Source of the DNA: Pseudomonadota bacterium
Lineage (GTDB): Bacteria; Myxococcota; JACRCW01; JAFGSX01
DNA length: 64,000 nt
Assembly: GCA_043821645.1 (NCBI GenBank)
Contig: JBDRCO010000113.1
Span: forward strand, 1 to 64,000
Reading direction: 5' to 3'
Shown: positions 1 to 9,406 of the stretch, piece after piece
Layout: each line of letters begins with the position of its first letter
Position numbering within the stretch: position 1 is the first letter of the stretch
The notes under the pieces: generated by a model
Told to the model about the DNA's origin: nothing
Databases searched by the model: none
What the model saw: the letters and a program-made list of their open reading frames with translations, nothing else
Translations under genes and position numbers: made by a program

Positions 1-160
1 GCACGCGCTGAACCAGGCGAACGCCGTAGGGTCCGCGATCGCCGTAGGTCGCCGGGGCCAGGGCATCGGGTTCAAGCAGGATCTCGCCGGGCTCCGTGCA
101 GGCCCCGACGAGCACAGTGAGGACGAGGAGCCACACGCATCCCCGTGGCTTGCTGATCAT
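1..160 (-). CDS. Partial lipoprotein (N-terminus only; gene continues past the left window edge), possibly an alpha/beta hydrolase
   Basis: ATG at 160 overlaps the ABC stop (ATGA). Reads MISKPRGCVWLLVLTVLVGAC (lipobox) ...GPYGV. Not in the ORF track. Confidence 0.6.
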   Translation of the reverse strand, partial: MISKPRGCVWLLVLTVLVGACTEPGEILLEPDALAPATYGDRGPYGVRLVQRV

Positions 161-2025
161 GCTTCCTCCTCTGCCGGCACCACGCCTGTCGCTCCGCCAG
201 CCGTGCCTCGCTGTTCTTCCTGCTGCTGATACTGCAATCGATACAGGCGCGGGTACAGGGTACCCTGGCGCATGAGCTCATCGTGGCTTCCCTGCTCGAC
301 CAGGTGACCGTCGTGCATCACCAGGATGCGATCACAGCTCTGGATGGTGGACAGGCGGTGGGCAATGACGATGGCGGTGCGATCGCGCAGGGCCACGTCG
401 ATGGCGTCCTGCAGGCAGTGCTCCGTGGCCGTGTCGATGCTGGCCGTGGCCTCGTCCAGGATGAGGATGTCGGGCTCGGTGATCAGGGTACGCAGCAGGG
501 CCACGATCTGCCGCTCTCCCAGGGACAGATTGAGACCGCGCTCGGACACCACGGCGTCGAGCCCACCACGACGGTCGATGATGTCGGCGGCGCAGGTCAC
601 CTGCAACGCCCGTCGCAGCGCCTCATCGTCGAGGTGCCGGGCGCCGAACAGCAGGTTGTCGCGCAGGCTGCCCCGGAACAGGAAGACGTCTTGCAGCACC
701 AGGGCAAAGCGACCGCGAAGGGAGGCCAGACGCAGCTCGCGCAGGTCGCGCCCGTCGAGGAGGATGCGACCTGACGTCACGTCGTAGTGGCGCACCAGGA
801 GCCTGCCGATGGTGGTCTTGCCACTGCCCGTGCGGCCGACCAGTGCCACGCGCTCGCCTCGGTGCACCGTGAAGCGGATGTCGGTGAGCACCGGAGAACC
901 GGCACGATAGGAGAAGTTGACCCGGTCGAACTCAACGCTTCGTTGCAGAGGCGCGACGTCGAGGGGTGCCGGGGGATCCTCCACCACGGGGCTCTCATCG
1001 AGCAGGCCGTAGGCGCGCTCGGCTGCAGCCAGAGCGCTCTGCACCAGGGTGTACTTGGACGATAGGTCGCGCAGGGGAGAGAAGAAGCGATTGAGGTACT
1101 CGATGAAGCCGACCACCACACCCAGGGTCAGGGCATCCGCCTGGACGCCCAGGGCGCCGTACCAGATGACCAGGGCAACCACGGTGGTCGAAACGGCCTC
1201 CACCAGTGCGTAGAGGGTGGCGTCGTAAATGTTGGCCGCGTTGTTGATCTGTAAAAAGCGCCGGCTGTGGCTGGCGAAAGCGCGCGACACGGGGTGCTCG
1301 CGCACGGCGGCCTGTACCACGCTCATGCCGCCCAGGTGCTCGGCAAGGTAGGTGTTGAGGGTGGAGGTCTGAGCGCGGATGGCCCGAAAGGCGCGACGTG
1401 ACGGCCCCCGAACAAAGCCCGTGACGACGAGGACCAGGGGCACGCTGAGCATGGCCATGGTGGCGAGCTGGGGATTCCACAGGAACAGCATCACCACGAT
1501 GCCAACGAGGGTGACGACATCACCCACGATGGTGACCGCCCCCGAAGCAAAGAGCTCGGCAATGGCCTCCATGTCATTGGTGGCACGGGTGAGCAGCCGT
1601 CCCACCGGACTGCGATCGTAGAAGGCCGCGTCGAGGTGCTGCAGATGGCTGAAGATCTGGTGGCGCAGGCGACGGATCACGCGCTGTCCCATGATCTGCA
1701 TGACCGTGAGCTGGCCGAACTGGGTCAGGTGCTGCACGGCCAGGGCCACAGCAAACAGCAAGACATAGCGTCCCAGGGCGTGGCGATCGCCCACCACGAT
1801 GGCGCTGTCGACGGCGGCGCCCATCAGCCGCGGCTGGGCCAGGGCCGCCGCGGTCAGGGGCAGATACAGCAGCAGCGCCGCGGCAAACATCGGACGCTCG
1901 GGTCGCATCGAGCGCCACATCTTGCCAATCAGCTGCGGGTCAAAGGCACCCTCGAACACCTGCTCACCGGAGCTCGCGCCTGCGCTCGCCGCGGGTGCGG
2001 CTGGCCGTGCTGCAGCGCGGCTCAT
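157..2025 (-). CDS. ABC exporter, fused permease/ATPase, subunit B of a heterodimer (MdlB/TmrAB-like)
   Basis: TM domain plus Walker A GRTGSGKT, degenerate signature LSLGERQ, Walker B ILILDEAT, IAHRL. ATG at 2025 overlaps the upstream stop. Confidence 0.92.
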   Translation of the reverse strand: MSRAAARPAAPAASAGASSGEQVFEGAFDPQLIGKMWRSMRPERPMFAAALLLYLPLTAAALAQPRLMGAAVDSAIVVGDRHALGRYVLLFAVALAVQHLTQFGQLTVMQIMGQRVIRRLRHQIFSHLQHLDAAFYDRSPVGRLLTRATNDMEAIAELFASGAVTIVGDVVTLVGIVVMLFLWNPQLATMAMLSVPLVLVVTGFVRGPSRRAFRAIRAQTSTLNTYLAEHLGGMSVVQAAVREHPVSRAFASHSRRFLQINNAANIYDATLYALVEAVSTTVVALVIWYGALGVQADALTLGVVVGFIEYLNRFFSPLRDLSSKYTLVQSALAAAERAYGLLDESPVVEDPPAPLDVAPLQRSVEFDRVNFSYRAGSPVLTDIRFTVHRGERVALVGRTGSGKTTIGRLLVRHYDVTSGRILLDGRDLRELRLASLRGRFALVLQDVFLFRGSLRDNLLFGARHLDDEALRRALQVTCAADIIDRRGGLDAVVSERGLNLSLGERQIVALLRTLITEPDILILDEATASIDTATEHCLQDAIDVALRDRTAIVIAHRLSTIQSCDRILVMHDGHLVEQGSHDELMRQGTLYPRLYRLQYQQQEEQRGTAGGATGVVPAEEEA

Positions 2026-3821
2026 GTGCCCCCCCCGACGACCTCGAGTTCGCGCTCGGCGGTCTGCTGGCGCCACAGGTCGGCATAGCTCCCCTGGCGT
2101 GCCACCAGCTCGTCGTGGCTGCCCTGCTCGATCACGCGCCCTTGGTCGAGGACCACGATCTGGTCGGCGTCCCGCACGGCGGACAGGCGGTGTGACACGA
2201 TCACCGTGGTCTGCTGGCGGGCGACCTGTCGCAGATCTTGCAGGATCGCGGCCTCGGTCTCGGCATCCACGGCGGACAGGCTGTCGTCGAGGATGAGCAG
2301 GCGCGGTTCCGCGAGGAGGGCCCGGGCAAGGGTCGTGCGCTGGCGCTGACCACCGGAGAGGGTGACGCCGCGCTCACCCACCAGGGTCTCCAGGCCCGCA
2401 GGCAAGGCCTGGAGATCAGCCCGCAGACGAACCAGATCCACGGCGTGCTGCAGCGCATCGTCCGGGGCATCGGGACGGGCAAAACGAATGTTGGCCGCGA
2501 GGCTATCGGAGAACAGAAAGGCGTCCTGGTCCGCGTAACCCACGGCGCGGCGCAGGGTGGCCAGGCGCAACTTCGTGGCGTCGAGCCCATCCACGAAGAG
2601 CTGTCCGGATGGAATCTCGACCAGCCGCAGCAAGGCCCTGACCAGGGTGCTCTTGCCGCTTCCCGTCTTGCCCACGACGCCGAGCACGCCTCCCGCCGGA
2701 ACCTCGAAGCGAATGTCCCGCAGCACGGGTTCGTCGCTGCCAGCGTACGCCACGGTCAGGCCTCGTGCCGACAGGCCTCCGCGGATCTCATGTTCGATCG
2801 CGTCGTCGTCGTCGCGAATGGTCGGCACCTGGGAGAAGACCTCGTTGATGCGCTCCATGCTGGCCAGGCCGCGCTGCCACATGCCCGCGACCCAGCCTAT
2901 GGCGATGGTGGGCCAGGCCAGGGCAGCCAGGCGAGCATTGAACTCGACGAACTCTCCCAGACTCAAGGCCCCGTCCATCACGCGCAGGCCGCCATAGCCG
3001 AGGACGGCGAGGGTGCCGATGCCGAAGAGGACACCGGCCATGGGCCACAGAATGTTGCGCACCCAGACCAGGCGCACGCTGGCGTCGTAGTAGTGCTGAT
3101 TGAATGCGTTGAAGGCCTCGATCTCGGCCTGCTCACGTCCGAACGATCGCACCACACCAATACCTGCCAGGTTCTCGGTGATGCGCGAGGACAGGTCACC
3201 GAGGGCCTTCTGCAGCTCCTGCGAGCGCAGGAAGATGGCGCGTGCGCCCCAGCGCGTGAGCAGGGTGAGGGCGGGCACCGTGGCCAGGGTGACGAGGGCC
3301 AGGGGAAGATCGAGGATGAACAGCAGGGGAATGTTGCCCAGGAAGACGAGCACGGTGTTGACGATGGTCAGCACACCGAAGCCGAGAAGGGCACGCACGT
3401 TGGACAGGTCGTTGGTGGCGCGGCTCACCAGATCGCCGACGGCGCTGGCCCTGAAGTACGAGGGCGGCTGCAGGCAGAGGTGGTCGAACAGCTCGGTGCG
3501 GATGTCGTGCTCGGCGGAGCGCCCGGCGTAGAAGAGGAATCCCCGGGATGCGATGCGCACCAGGGCTGCGGCGAGGGCCACGGCAGCGATGAGCCAGGCG
3601 GTGCCGGCGACCACCGAGGCCGGGTACCCCTGGCGCACCTGATCGATGGCGCGGCCCAGCAGCGAGGGCAGGAACAGGGCGAGCAGGTTGGTGGCGAGCA
3701 GCGTCAGCAATCCAAGACCGGTGTAGCCCCTGTAGCGCCACACATAGTCGCGAATGCGGCGTGGGCCGGCCGGTGACGACGGAAGTTTGACCGGTCCGGG
3801 AGCCTGTGGCGTCGTGGGCAT
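2022..3821 (-). CDS. ABC exporter, fused permease/ATPase, subunit A of a heterodimer (MdlA-like)
   Basis: Walker A GKTGSGKS, signature LSGGQRQ, Walker B LLILDDS, VSHRL. Start is 3821 or 3833. Confidence 0.92.
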   Translation of the reverse strand: MPTTPQAPGPVKLPSSPAGPRRIRDYVWRYRGYTGLGLLTLLATNLLALFLPSLLGRAIDQVRQGYPASVVAGTAWLIAAVALAAALVRIASRGFLFYAGRSAEHDIRTELFDHLCLQPPSYFRASAVGDLVSRATNDLSNVRALLGFGVLTIVNTVLVFLGNIPLLFILDLPLALVTLATVPALTLLTRWGARAIFLRSQELQKALGDLSSRITENLAGIGVVRSFGREQAEIEAFNAFNQHYYDASVRLVWVRNILWPMAGVLFGIGTLAVLGYGGLRVMDGALSLGEFVEFNARLAALAWPTIAIGWVAGMWQRGLASMERINEVFSQVPTIRDDDDAIEHEIRGGLSARGLTVAYAGSDEPVLRDIRFEVPAGGVLGVVGKTGSGKSTLVRALLRLVEIPSGQLFVDGLDATKLRLATLRRAVGYADQDAFLFSDSLAANIRFARPDAPDDALQHAVDLVRLRADLQALPAGLETLVGERGVTLSGGQRQRTTLARALLAEPRLLILDDSLSAVDAETEAAILQDLRQVARQQTTVIVSHRLSAVRDADQIVVLDQGRVIEQGSHDELVARQGSYADLWRQQTAERELEVVGGGT

Positions 3822-3922
3822 GAGCGGTCGCATCTTGTCAGCGTGGCCGAGCCACGGCAAGGTGGTCTGTCCGTGACGATATAGCGGTGCGCCCGGGCGG
3901 CGCACAGAGCGGAAGTGGAAGC

Positions 3923-4231
3923 ATGATCCTCGCCGAGTTCAGCATCGCACCCCTGGACGCCGGAGAGAGCCTGAGCGAGCAGGTGGCCGAGGCACTGGAC
4001 ATCGTGGACCGCAGCGGCGTGGCTTATCGCTTGAACCCCATGGGCACCGTGCTCGAGGGCGAGTGGTCCGAGGTGTTCGGGATCATCGAGCGCTGCTATC
4101 AGGCCATGCGTCAGCACAGCCGTCGTGTCTCCATCGCGATCAAGGTTGACGCCCGGGAGGGCGCAAGTGGTCGCCTGGACGCCAAGGTGGCAGCCGTGGA
4201 GCAGCGACTCGGCCGGGTGCTGAACAAGTAG
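3923..4231 (+). CDS. MTH1187/YqgV family thiamine-binding protein
   Basis: MILAEFSIAP...LNPMGTVLEGEW...RVSIAIKVDAR pattern, about 100 aa. Confidence 0.85.
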   Translation: MILAEFSIAPLDAGESLSEQVAEALDIVDRSGVAYRLNPMGTVLEGEWSEVFGIIERCYQAMRQHSRRVSIAIKVDAREGASGRLDAKVAAVEQRLGRVLNK

Positions 4232-4260
4232 GACAGTGAACGACGACCCAAGGAGCCCAC

Positions 4261-6354
4261 GTGGGATGGCTACCTTACGTCTACCAGTACGGCATAGGCG
4301 GACTACTGCTGCTGGTGGGACTGCTGTACGCCTGGCGACAGGGCGATGTGGGCCTGCGCGGCCGCGGCCTGCGAAATCTTGTGCTGGTTCTCGGCGGTCT
4401 CGCCTTCTTCATGCTGCTGCAGGGCTACTTGCAGTTCGTGGCGACGCGCGATCCGGAGCTGCCGCGCGGGCCGGCGGGTCCGGCCTGGACCGAGCACGGC
4501 GTGCTGGGCGCTCCCGTCGACTATGCCCTGATCGTACTGTACTTCATCGTCATCCTGGGTTTTGGCTCGCTGTTCGGACGCCACACCCGCACAACCCGCG
4601 ACTTCTTCTTTGGAGGGCAGCGGTTTTCCTGGTGGCTCATCGCCATGTCGCTGGTGGCCACCACCGTCGGCTCCTACAGCTTCATCAAGTACTCGCGCGT
4701 CGGTTTCGAGCACGGTTTCTCGTCGACACAGTCCTACCTCAACGACTGGTTCTGGGTGCCGCTGTTCCTGTTCGGCTGGCTGCCCATCATCTACTACTCG
4801 CGGGTGCGCTCGATCCCTGAGTACTTCGAGCGCCGCTTTGGCAGGGGTGCCCGTCACGTCGTCACCGCCCTGCTGCTGATCTACATGATTGGGTACATCG
4901 GCGTGAACTTCTACACCCTGGGCAAGGCCATGCACGGCCTGCTGGGCTGGGACGTGTTTTGGAGTGCCGCCCTGGTGGCCATGGTCTGTGCCATCTACGT
5001 CACTGCCGGAGGCCAGACCGCGGTCATCATGACGGACCTGGTGCAGGGGGTGCTGCTGCTGGTGGCCGGCGGCGTGCTGCTCTACCTGGGCATCGACAAC
5101 CTGGGAGGCTTTGACCAGTTCTGGGGCCACCTGCGCCCCGATCAGCGGGCAGCTTTTAGCAACTTCAACCAGGATCCCAAGTTCAACATGGTCGGCATCT
5201 TTTGGCAGGACGCCATCGCCAACAGTGCGACCTTCATCTTCTTGAACCAGGGCCTGATCATGCGCTTCCTCGCGGTCAAGAGTGTGCCCGAGGCACGCAA
5301 GGCGCTGGTCGTCACCATGATCGTGCTCATGCCCCTGGCGGCCATCGTGGTCGCGGGCGGCGGCTGGGTGGGCTCGGCCATGGTGCACGCCGGTCTGCTC
5401 GACCCGGCCACACCTCCAGACACCATCTTCGTGCGGGTGTCGTACGTGCTATGTCGGCCGGGCGTGTTCGGGCTGGTCATGGCGGCCCTGACCGCGGCTC
5501 TGATGTCGACAGCGGATACGTTGATCAACGCTGTGAGCGCGATCGTGGTCAACGACATCGTGCGTCCGTTCACGGCGGAGCGCCTGGACGATCAGGCCTA
5601 CCTGCGGGTGGCGCGCTGGACCTCGGTGGGGGTGTCCCTGGTGGGCCTGGCCCTGGTTCCCTTCTTCATGCAGTTCGACTCCATCTACGCGGCCCACGGA
5701 GCGTTCACCGCTGCGGTCACACCGCCCATGGTGGTGGCGGTGATCCTGGGCGTGTTCTGGCGCCGCTACACCGGCACGGCAGCACTGTGGACCATGGCAG
5801 GCGGCGCCGCCCTGATCGCGCTGTCCTTCGTCGTACCCGACGTCATCGCTCCCTTTGCCCACGGTATCCCGCGCGGTGGCGAGTACCACACAGCCTGGGT
5901 GTTCCCGCGGGCCCTGTACGGACTGGTGGTGTCGACACTGCTCGGGGTGGTCGCCACCGCGTTCACGCAGCCCGAGGCTGGACGCGACCTGGGCGGGCTG
6001 GTCTGGGGTTCCATTGGCCAGGCCATGCAGCGATTCAAGGGGAGCACGGGTCGGGAGCGAAGCGCACGCGGTCGCCTGGTGTCGGCCAGAGGCGGTCTGC
6101 CCCTGCAGCTCGCCGGTCCCATGGATCTTCCGCTGTGCCGGCTCACCGCCGCGCTCATGCAGAGTCTCGAGGTGGCCGAGGGCGATCTTGTCTACGTTGC
6201 GGACAGGCGGCGCTGGCTCGGCGGCCTGCGCTCGGCGCACATGGTGGTGGGGCCTGTCGTCGAGGGGGAGGGTGAGCTTGTGCTGCTCCCCGATGCCATC
6301 CACGCCGAAGTCGGCGCGAAGAGCGGTCGCGCCCGGATCGAGGCCATCCTGTGA
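4261..6354 (+). CDS. Sodium:solute symporter (SSS) with an extra N-terminal 2-TM module and a C-terminal soluble tail
   Basis: DFFFGGQRFSWW, SIPEYFERRFG, GGQTAVIMTDLVQ, AALMSTAD motifs; AGGAG RBS before GTG. Confidence 0.9.
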   Translation: MGWLPYVYQYGIGGLLLLVGLLYAWRQGDVGLRGRGLRNLVLVLGGLAFFMLLQGYLQFVATRDPELPRGPAGPAWTEHGVLGAPVDYALIVLYFIVILGFGSLFGRHTRTTRDFFFGGQRFSWWLIAMSLVATTVGSYSFIKYSRVGFEHGFSSTQSYLNDWFWVPLFLFGWLPIIYYSRVRSIPEYFERRFGRGARHVVTALLLIYMIGYIGVNFYTLGKAMHGLLGWDVFWSAALVAMVCAIYVTAGGQTAVIMTDLVQGVLLLVAGGVLLYLGIDNLGGFDQFWGHLRPDQRAAFSNFNQDPKFNMVGIFWQDAIANSATFIFLNQGLIMRFLAVKSVPEARKALVVTMIVLMPLAAIVVAGGGWVGSAMVHAGLLDPATPPDTIFVRVSYVLCRPGVFGLVMAALTAALMSTADTLINAVSAIVVNDIVRPFTAERLDDQAYLRVARWTSVGVSLVGLALVPFFMQFDSIYAAHGAFTAAVTPPMVVAVILGVFWRRYTGTAALWTMAGGAALIALSFVVPDVIAPFAHGIPRGGEYHTAWVFPRALYGLVVSTLLGVVATAFTQPEAGRDLGGLVWGSIGQAMQRFKGSTGRERSARGRLVSARGGLPLQLAGPMDLPLCRLTAALMQSLEVAEGDLVYVADRRRWLGGLRSAHMVVGPVVEGEGELVLLPDAIHAEVGAKSGRARIEAIL

Positions 6355-6355
6355 C

Positions 6356-9310
6356 TCAATACAGCTGGTACACGATGATGTAATCGAAGGTGGCGCTCAC
6401 CCCTCTGACGGAGATCCCCGCGTCACCCGAGCTTGGCCCGCCGGTGTCCGTGAAGTTGGTCGTCCCATAGCCCCCGTTGCAGCTCAGGGCGGTGCCATTG
6501 GCCGTAAAAATCACGGTCGAGGTCTGGGTCGGCGGGATCGCGTTGAGCCTCGTGCTCTCGGAGGCGTTGCTGAGCGCAGAATCGAGGCTGTACCAGGCCG
6601 TCACCGGCGTGATCTGAACCTGCTGTGACGCGCTCTGGTTCTCGTCGTGACGCATGCAGCCGCGGCCGGTGCCGGTGGTTCCCGTGCGCGCGATCAGGCC
6701 CACCCACTTCTTGTTGCCGGTCACCGCGGTGACGTTCATGCGCGACTCGACGCGCAGGTTGGGGAGATTGAGGGACTGGTCGAAGATGTAGCCATTCGCG
6801 GCGATCGTGGCCCCGGCCTTGTCACCAGCGACCGTGAAGGTTCCGCCCACGGTCCAGTTGCTCTTCAAGGCCGTCCCGCCAAAGCCGTCGAAGCGCGCGA
6901 TGGTGTCCTTGGAGCCAGGTCGTGGATCGCAGGCATCTCCCACCGTGTCGCCCGTGGCGGAATCCGCGTTGGCCTGGGTGTCATTGTCGACGTGCGGGCA
7001 GTTGTCACAGGCGTCGCCGCGCTGATCCCCATCCTCGTTGTGCTGGTCCGCGTTGGCGACAAGGGGACAGTTGTCGGAGACGTCGTTGACCCCGTCGTTG
7101 TCGGTGTCGAAGTCACAGACATCGCCCACGCCGTCGCCATCGAGGTCTTCCTGACCGGGGTTGCTGGTGGTGGGGCAATTGTCGAGCGTGCAGGTGTTGG
7201 CGGCGTAGCCCGGATTGCCGAAGCCGTCGTTGTCGGTGTCGGTGCAGGTATCGCAGGCGTCCCCCGTCGCATCGCCGTCGGCGTTTGCCTGGCTGGAGTT
7301 GGAGACGCCGGGACAGTTGTCGCAGGCATCGCCCCGCGAATCACCGTCGCCATTGTCCTGCGAGGTATTGGGGATGCCCACGCAGTTGTCGCAGGCGTCG
7401 CCCACCGTGTCGCCGTCGCCGTCGGTCTGGCTGGCGTTGCTCGTCGTGGGGCAGTTGTCGAGCGGGCAGGTGCTGGCGGCATAGCCAGGGTTGCCGTACC
7501 CGTCGTTGTCGGTATCCGTGCAGGTGTCACAGGCATCGCCCGTGGCGTCACCATCCGCGTTGGCTTGCGAGGCGTTGCTCACGCCAGGGCAGTTGTCGCA
7601 GGCATCACCCTTGCCGTCGCCATCTCCGTCCGTCTGGCTAGCGTTGGAGACATTGGGGCAGTTATCACACACGTCCCCCTTGCCGTCGTTGTCGGCATCG
7701 GTCTGGCTCTGGTTGGTGAGCCCCGGGCAATTGTCACAGGCATCGCCCAGGGTGTCGCCGTCGCCGTTGACCTGTGAGCTGTTGGAGACGCTCGGGCAGT
7801 TGTCGGTGGCCTTCTCGGTGAACTGGTAACCGCTGGGAGGGCTGCTGCCCACGCACTGGTCTCCCGCGCTGCCCGTAGTCCAGGTGTCGTTGTCGGCGTC
7901 GGTGAACAGTGCGCGTGTGACGAAGAGAGCGGCGTTGTCATCGTTGCAGTCATCGGGGCTCGTCTGGGACCCCCAGTAACCACTGGGTATCCCACCATCG
8001 GTGCACAGGACAAGGGCGTTCCCGATGGTGTAGTGGTCGCCGTCGCCGTCGACAAAGGCCGTGACGTTGCTGTGCTCGCTGGCGAGGCTGTCGTTGCAGT
8101 CGTCGTCGGTGGACGCGGTGGCTGCGTAGCCCTGAGGAGGCGTGCCGTCGCTGCACACCCTGACCGGACCACCCGAGGTGTAGGTGTCACCATCACCATC
8201 GACAAAGGCGCTGATCTCGACCCAGGCCCCCATATCCTGGTCGTCGCAGTCTTCCGTGCTCGAGGCCGTGGCGGCAAAACCCGTGGGTGGGGTGAGCGAA
8301 CACACCGCCACCGTGCCGCCGACAGTCCAGGTATCGCCGTCCGCATCGACGTAGACGTCGATGGTGTCGTGCAAGGACGCGTCGCCGTCGTCGCAGTCCT
8401 CGGTCGAGGAGGCCACAGCCGCATGCCCCGCGGGAACACCACCGTCGCTGCACACCCAGACCGCAGCGCCGATCGTGAAGGTGTCGCTGTCGCCGTCGAC
8501 GAAGACGTTCATGCCCGCGTGCCGGAGATTGTCGCCGTCGTCACAGTCATCGCTCGCCGAGGCCGAGGCCGCGTAACCAGAGGGCAGGACGCTGGCACAG
8601 ACCCGGGTCTCGGGGCCGAGGGTCCAGGTGTCATTGTCCGCATCGACGAAGGCCACCAGCCCGTCAGCAACGCTCGCGCTGTCGTCGTCACAGTCCGGGA
8701 AGACAGAGGCCACGGCCAGGTAACCCGCCGGGAGGTTACCCCCGGTGCACAGCTCGATCGCGCCGCCGATCGAGAGCCCGTCGCGATCGCCATCCATGAA
8801 GCCGCTGAGCAGAGTATGCAGGGCGCCATCGTCCGGGTTGCAGTCCGGCCCGGCCGGGCAGCCGGGGCCGTGCAGATCCTCGTCGAGGTCGATGCATCCT
8901 GCGTCTTCAAGCCCGACGTCCTCGACCGAGGCATCCTCGGCCGCGTCGATGGTGGCGAGATCATATCCACTGCGGTCGGTGACGATCCTGTCCTGAAGGC
9001 CTGCATCGAGGCCATCCGCATCGCGCTCTATGAGATCTGCCCCCGTGGTGTCGACCGACGCAGCGTCCGCAACGGCCACCGGCACGCAGAAGCCATTCTG
9101 GCAGTCGTGCCTCAAGGGGCAGTCCAGATCTGCGGTGCGGCAGCGCGTGAGTTCGTCTTCCGGAACGCAGGCGTCTTGGACGCACTGGTAGCCCTCGGCG
9201 CAGGAATGGGCCTGGTTGCATCGGTAGCCGACGAGTTCGACCTCGATGCACCCCGACAGCGCGATGAGGATCGCGCTCGCGACGGGCCACAGACCAAGTG
9301 ACTTGCGCAT
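6356..9310 (-). CDS. Large Asp/Cys-rich surface lipoprotein with thrombospondin type-3 and DCDD metal-binding repeats
   Basis: Lipobox LSGC; many DNCP..N..Q.D.DGD..GDACD units and several DxDxD...C...DCDD units. Confidence 0.88.
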   Translation of the reverse strand: MRKSLGLWPVASAILIALSGCIEVELVGYRCNQAHSCAEGYQCVQDACVPEDELTRCRTADLDCPLRHDCQNGFCVPVAVADAASVDTTGADLIERDADGLDAGLQDRIVTDRSGYDLATIDAAEDASVEDVGLEDAGCIDLDEDLHGPGCPAGPDCNPDDGALHTLLSGFMDGDRDGLSIGGAIELCTGGNLPAGYLAVASVFPDCDDDSASVADGLVAFVDADNDTWTLGPETRVCASVLPSGYAASASASDDCDDGDNLRHAGMNVFVDGDSDTFTIGAAVWVCSDGGVPAGHAAVASSTEDCDDGDASLHDTIDVYVDADGDTWTVGGTVAVCSLTPPTGFAATASSTEDCDDQDMGAWVEISAFVDGDGDTYTSGGPVRVCSDGTPPQGYAATASTDDDCNDSLASEHSNVTAFVDGDGDHYTIGNALVLCTDGGIPSGYWGSQTSPDDCNDDNAALFVTRALFTDADNDTWTTGSAGDQCVGSSPPSGYQFTEKATDNCPSVSNSSQVNGDGDTLGDACDNCPGLTNQSQTDADNDGKGDVCDNCPNVSNASQTDGDGDGKGDACDNCPGVSNASQANADGDATGDACDTCTDTDNDGYGNPGYAASTCPLDNCPTTSNASQTDGDGDTVGDACDNCVGIPNTSQDNGDGDSRGDACDNCPGVSNSSQANADGDATGDACDTCTDTDNDGFGNPGYAANTCTLDNCPTTSNPGQEDLDGDGVGDVCDFDTDNDGVNDVSDNCPLVANADQHNEDGDQRGDACDNCPHVDNDTQANADSATGDTVGDACDPRPGSKDTIARFDGFGGTALKSNWTVGGTFTVAGDKAGATIAANGYIFDQSLNLPNLRVESRMNVTAVTGNKKWVGLIARTGTTGTGRGCMRHDENQSASQQVQITPVTAWYSLDSALSNASESTRLNAIPPTQTSTVIFTANGTALSCNGGYGTTNFTDTGGPSSGDAGISVRGVSATFDYIIVYQLY

Positions 9311-9406
9311 GTGATGCCCCATTCCGGCAGCTTGATGCAAGCCTATCACGAGCCGAAGAAACCGTGCTCAGACCAGAGGCTGGGCTCCGTGTCAGAAGCG
9401 CAGAGG

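Noticed and set aside
7000-8900. CRISPR-like or non-coding repeat array
   Set aside because: Repeats are degenerate, in-frame protein repeats; no cas genes
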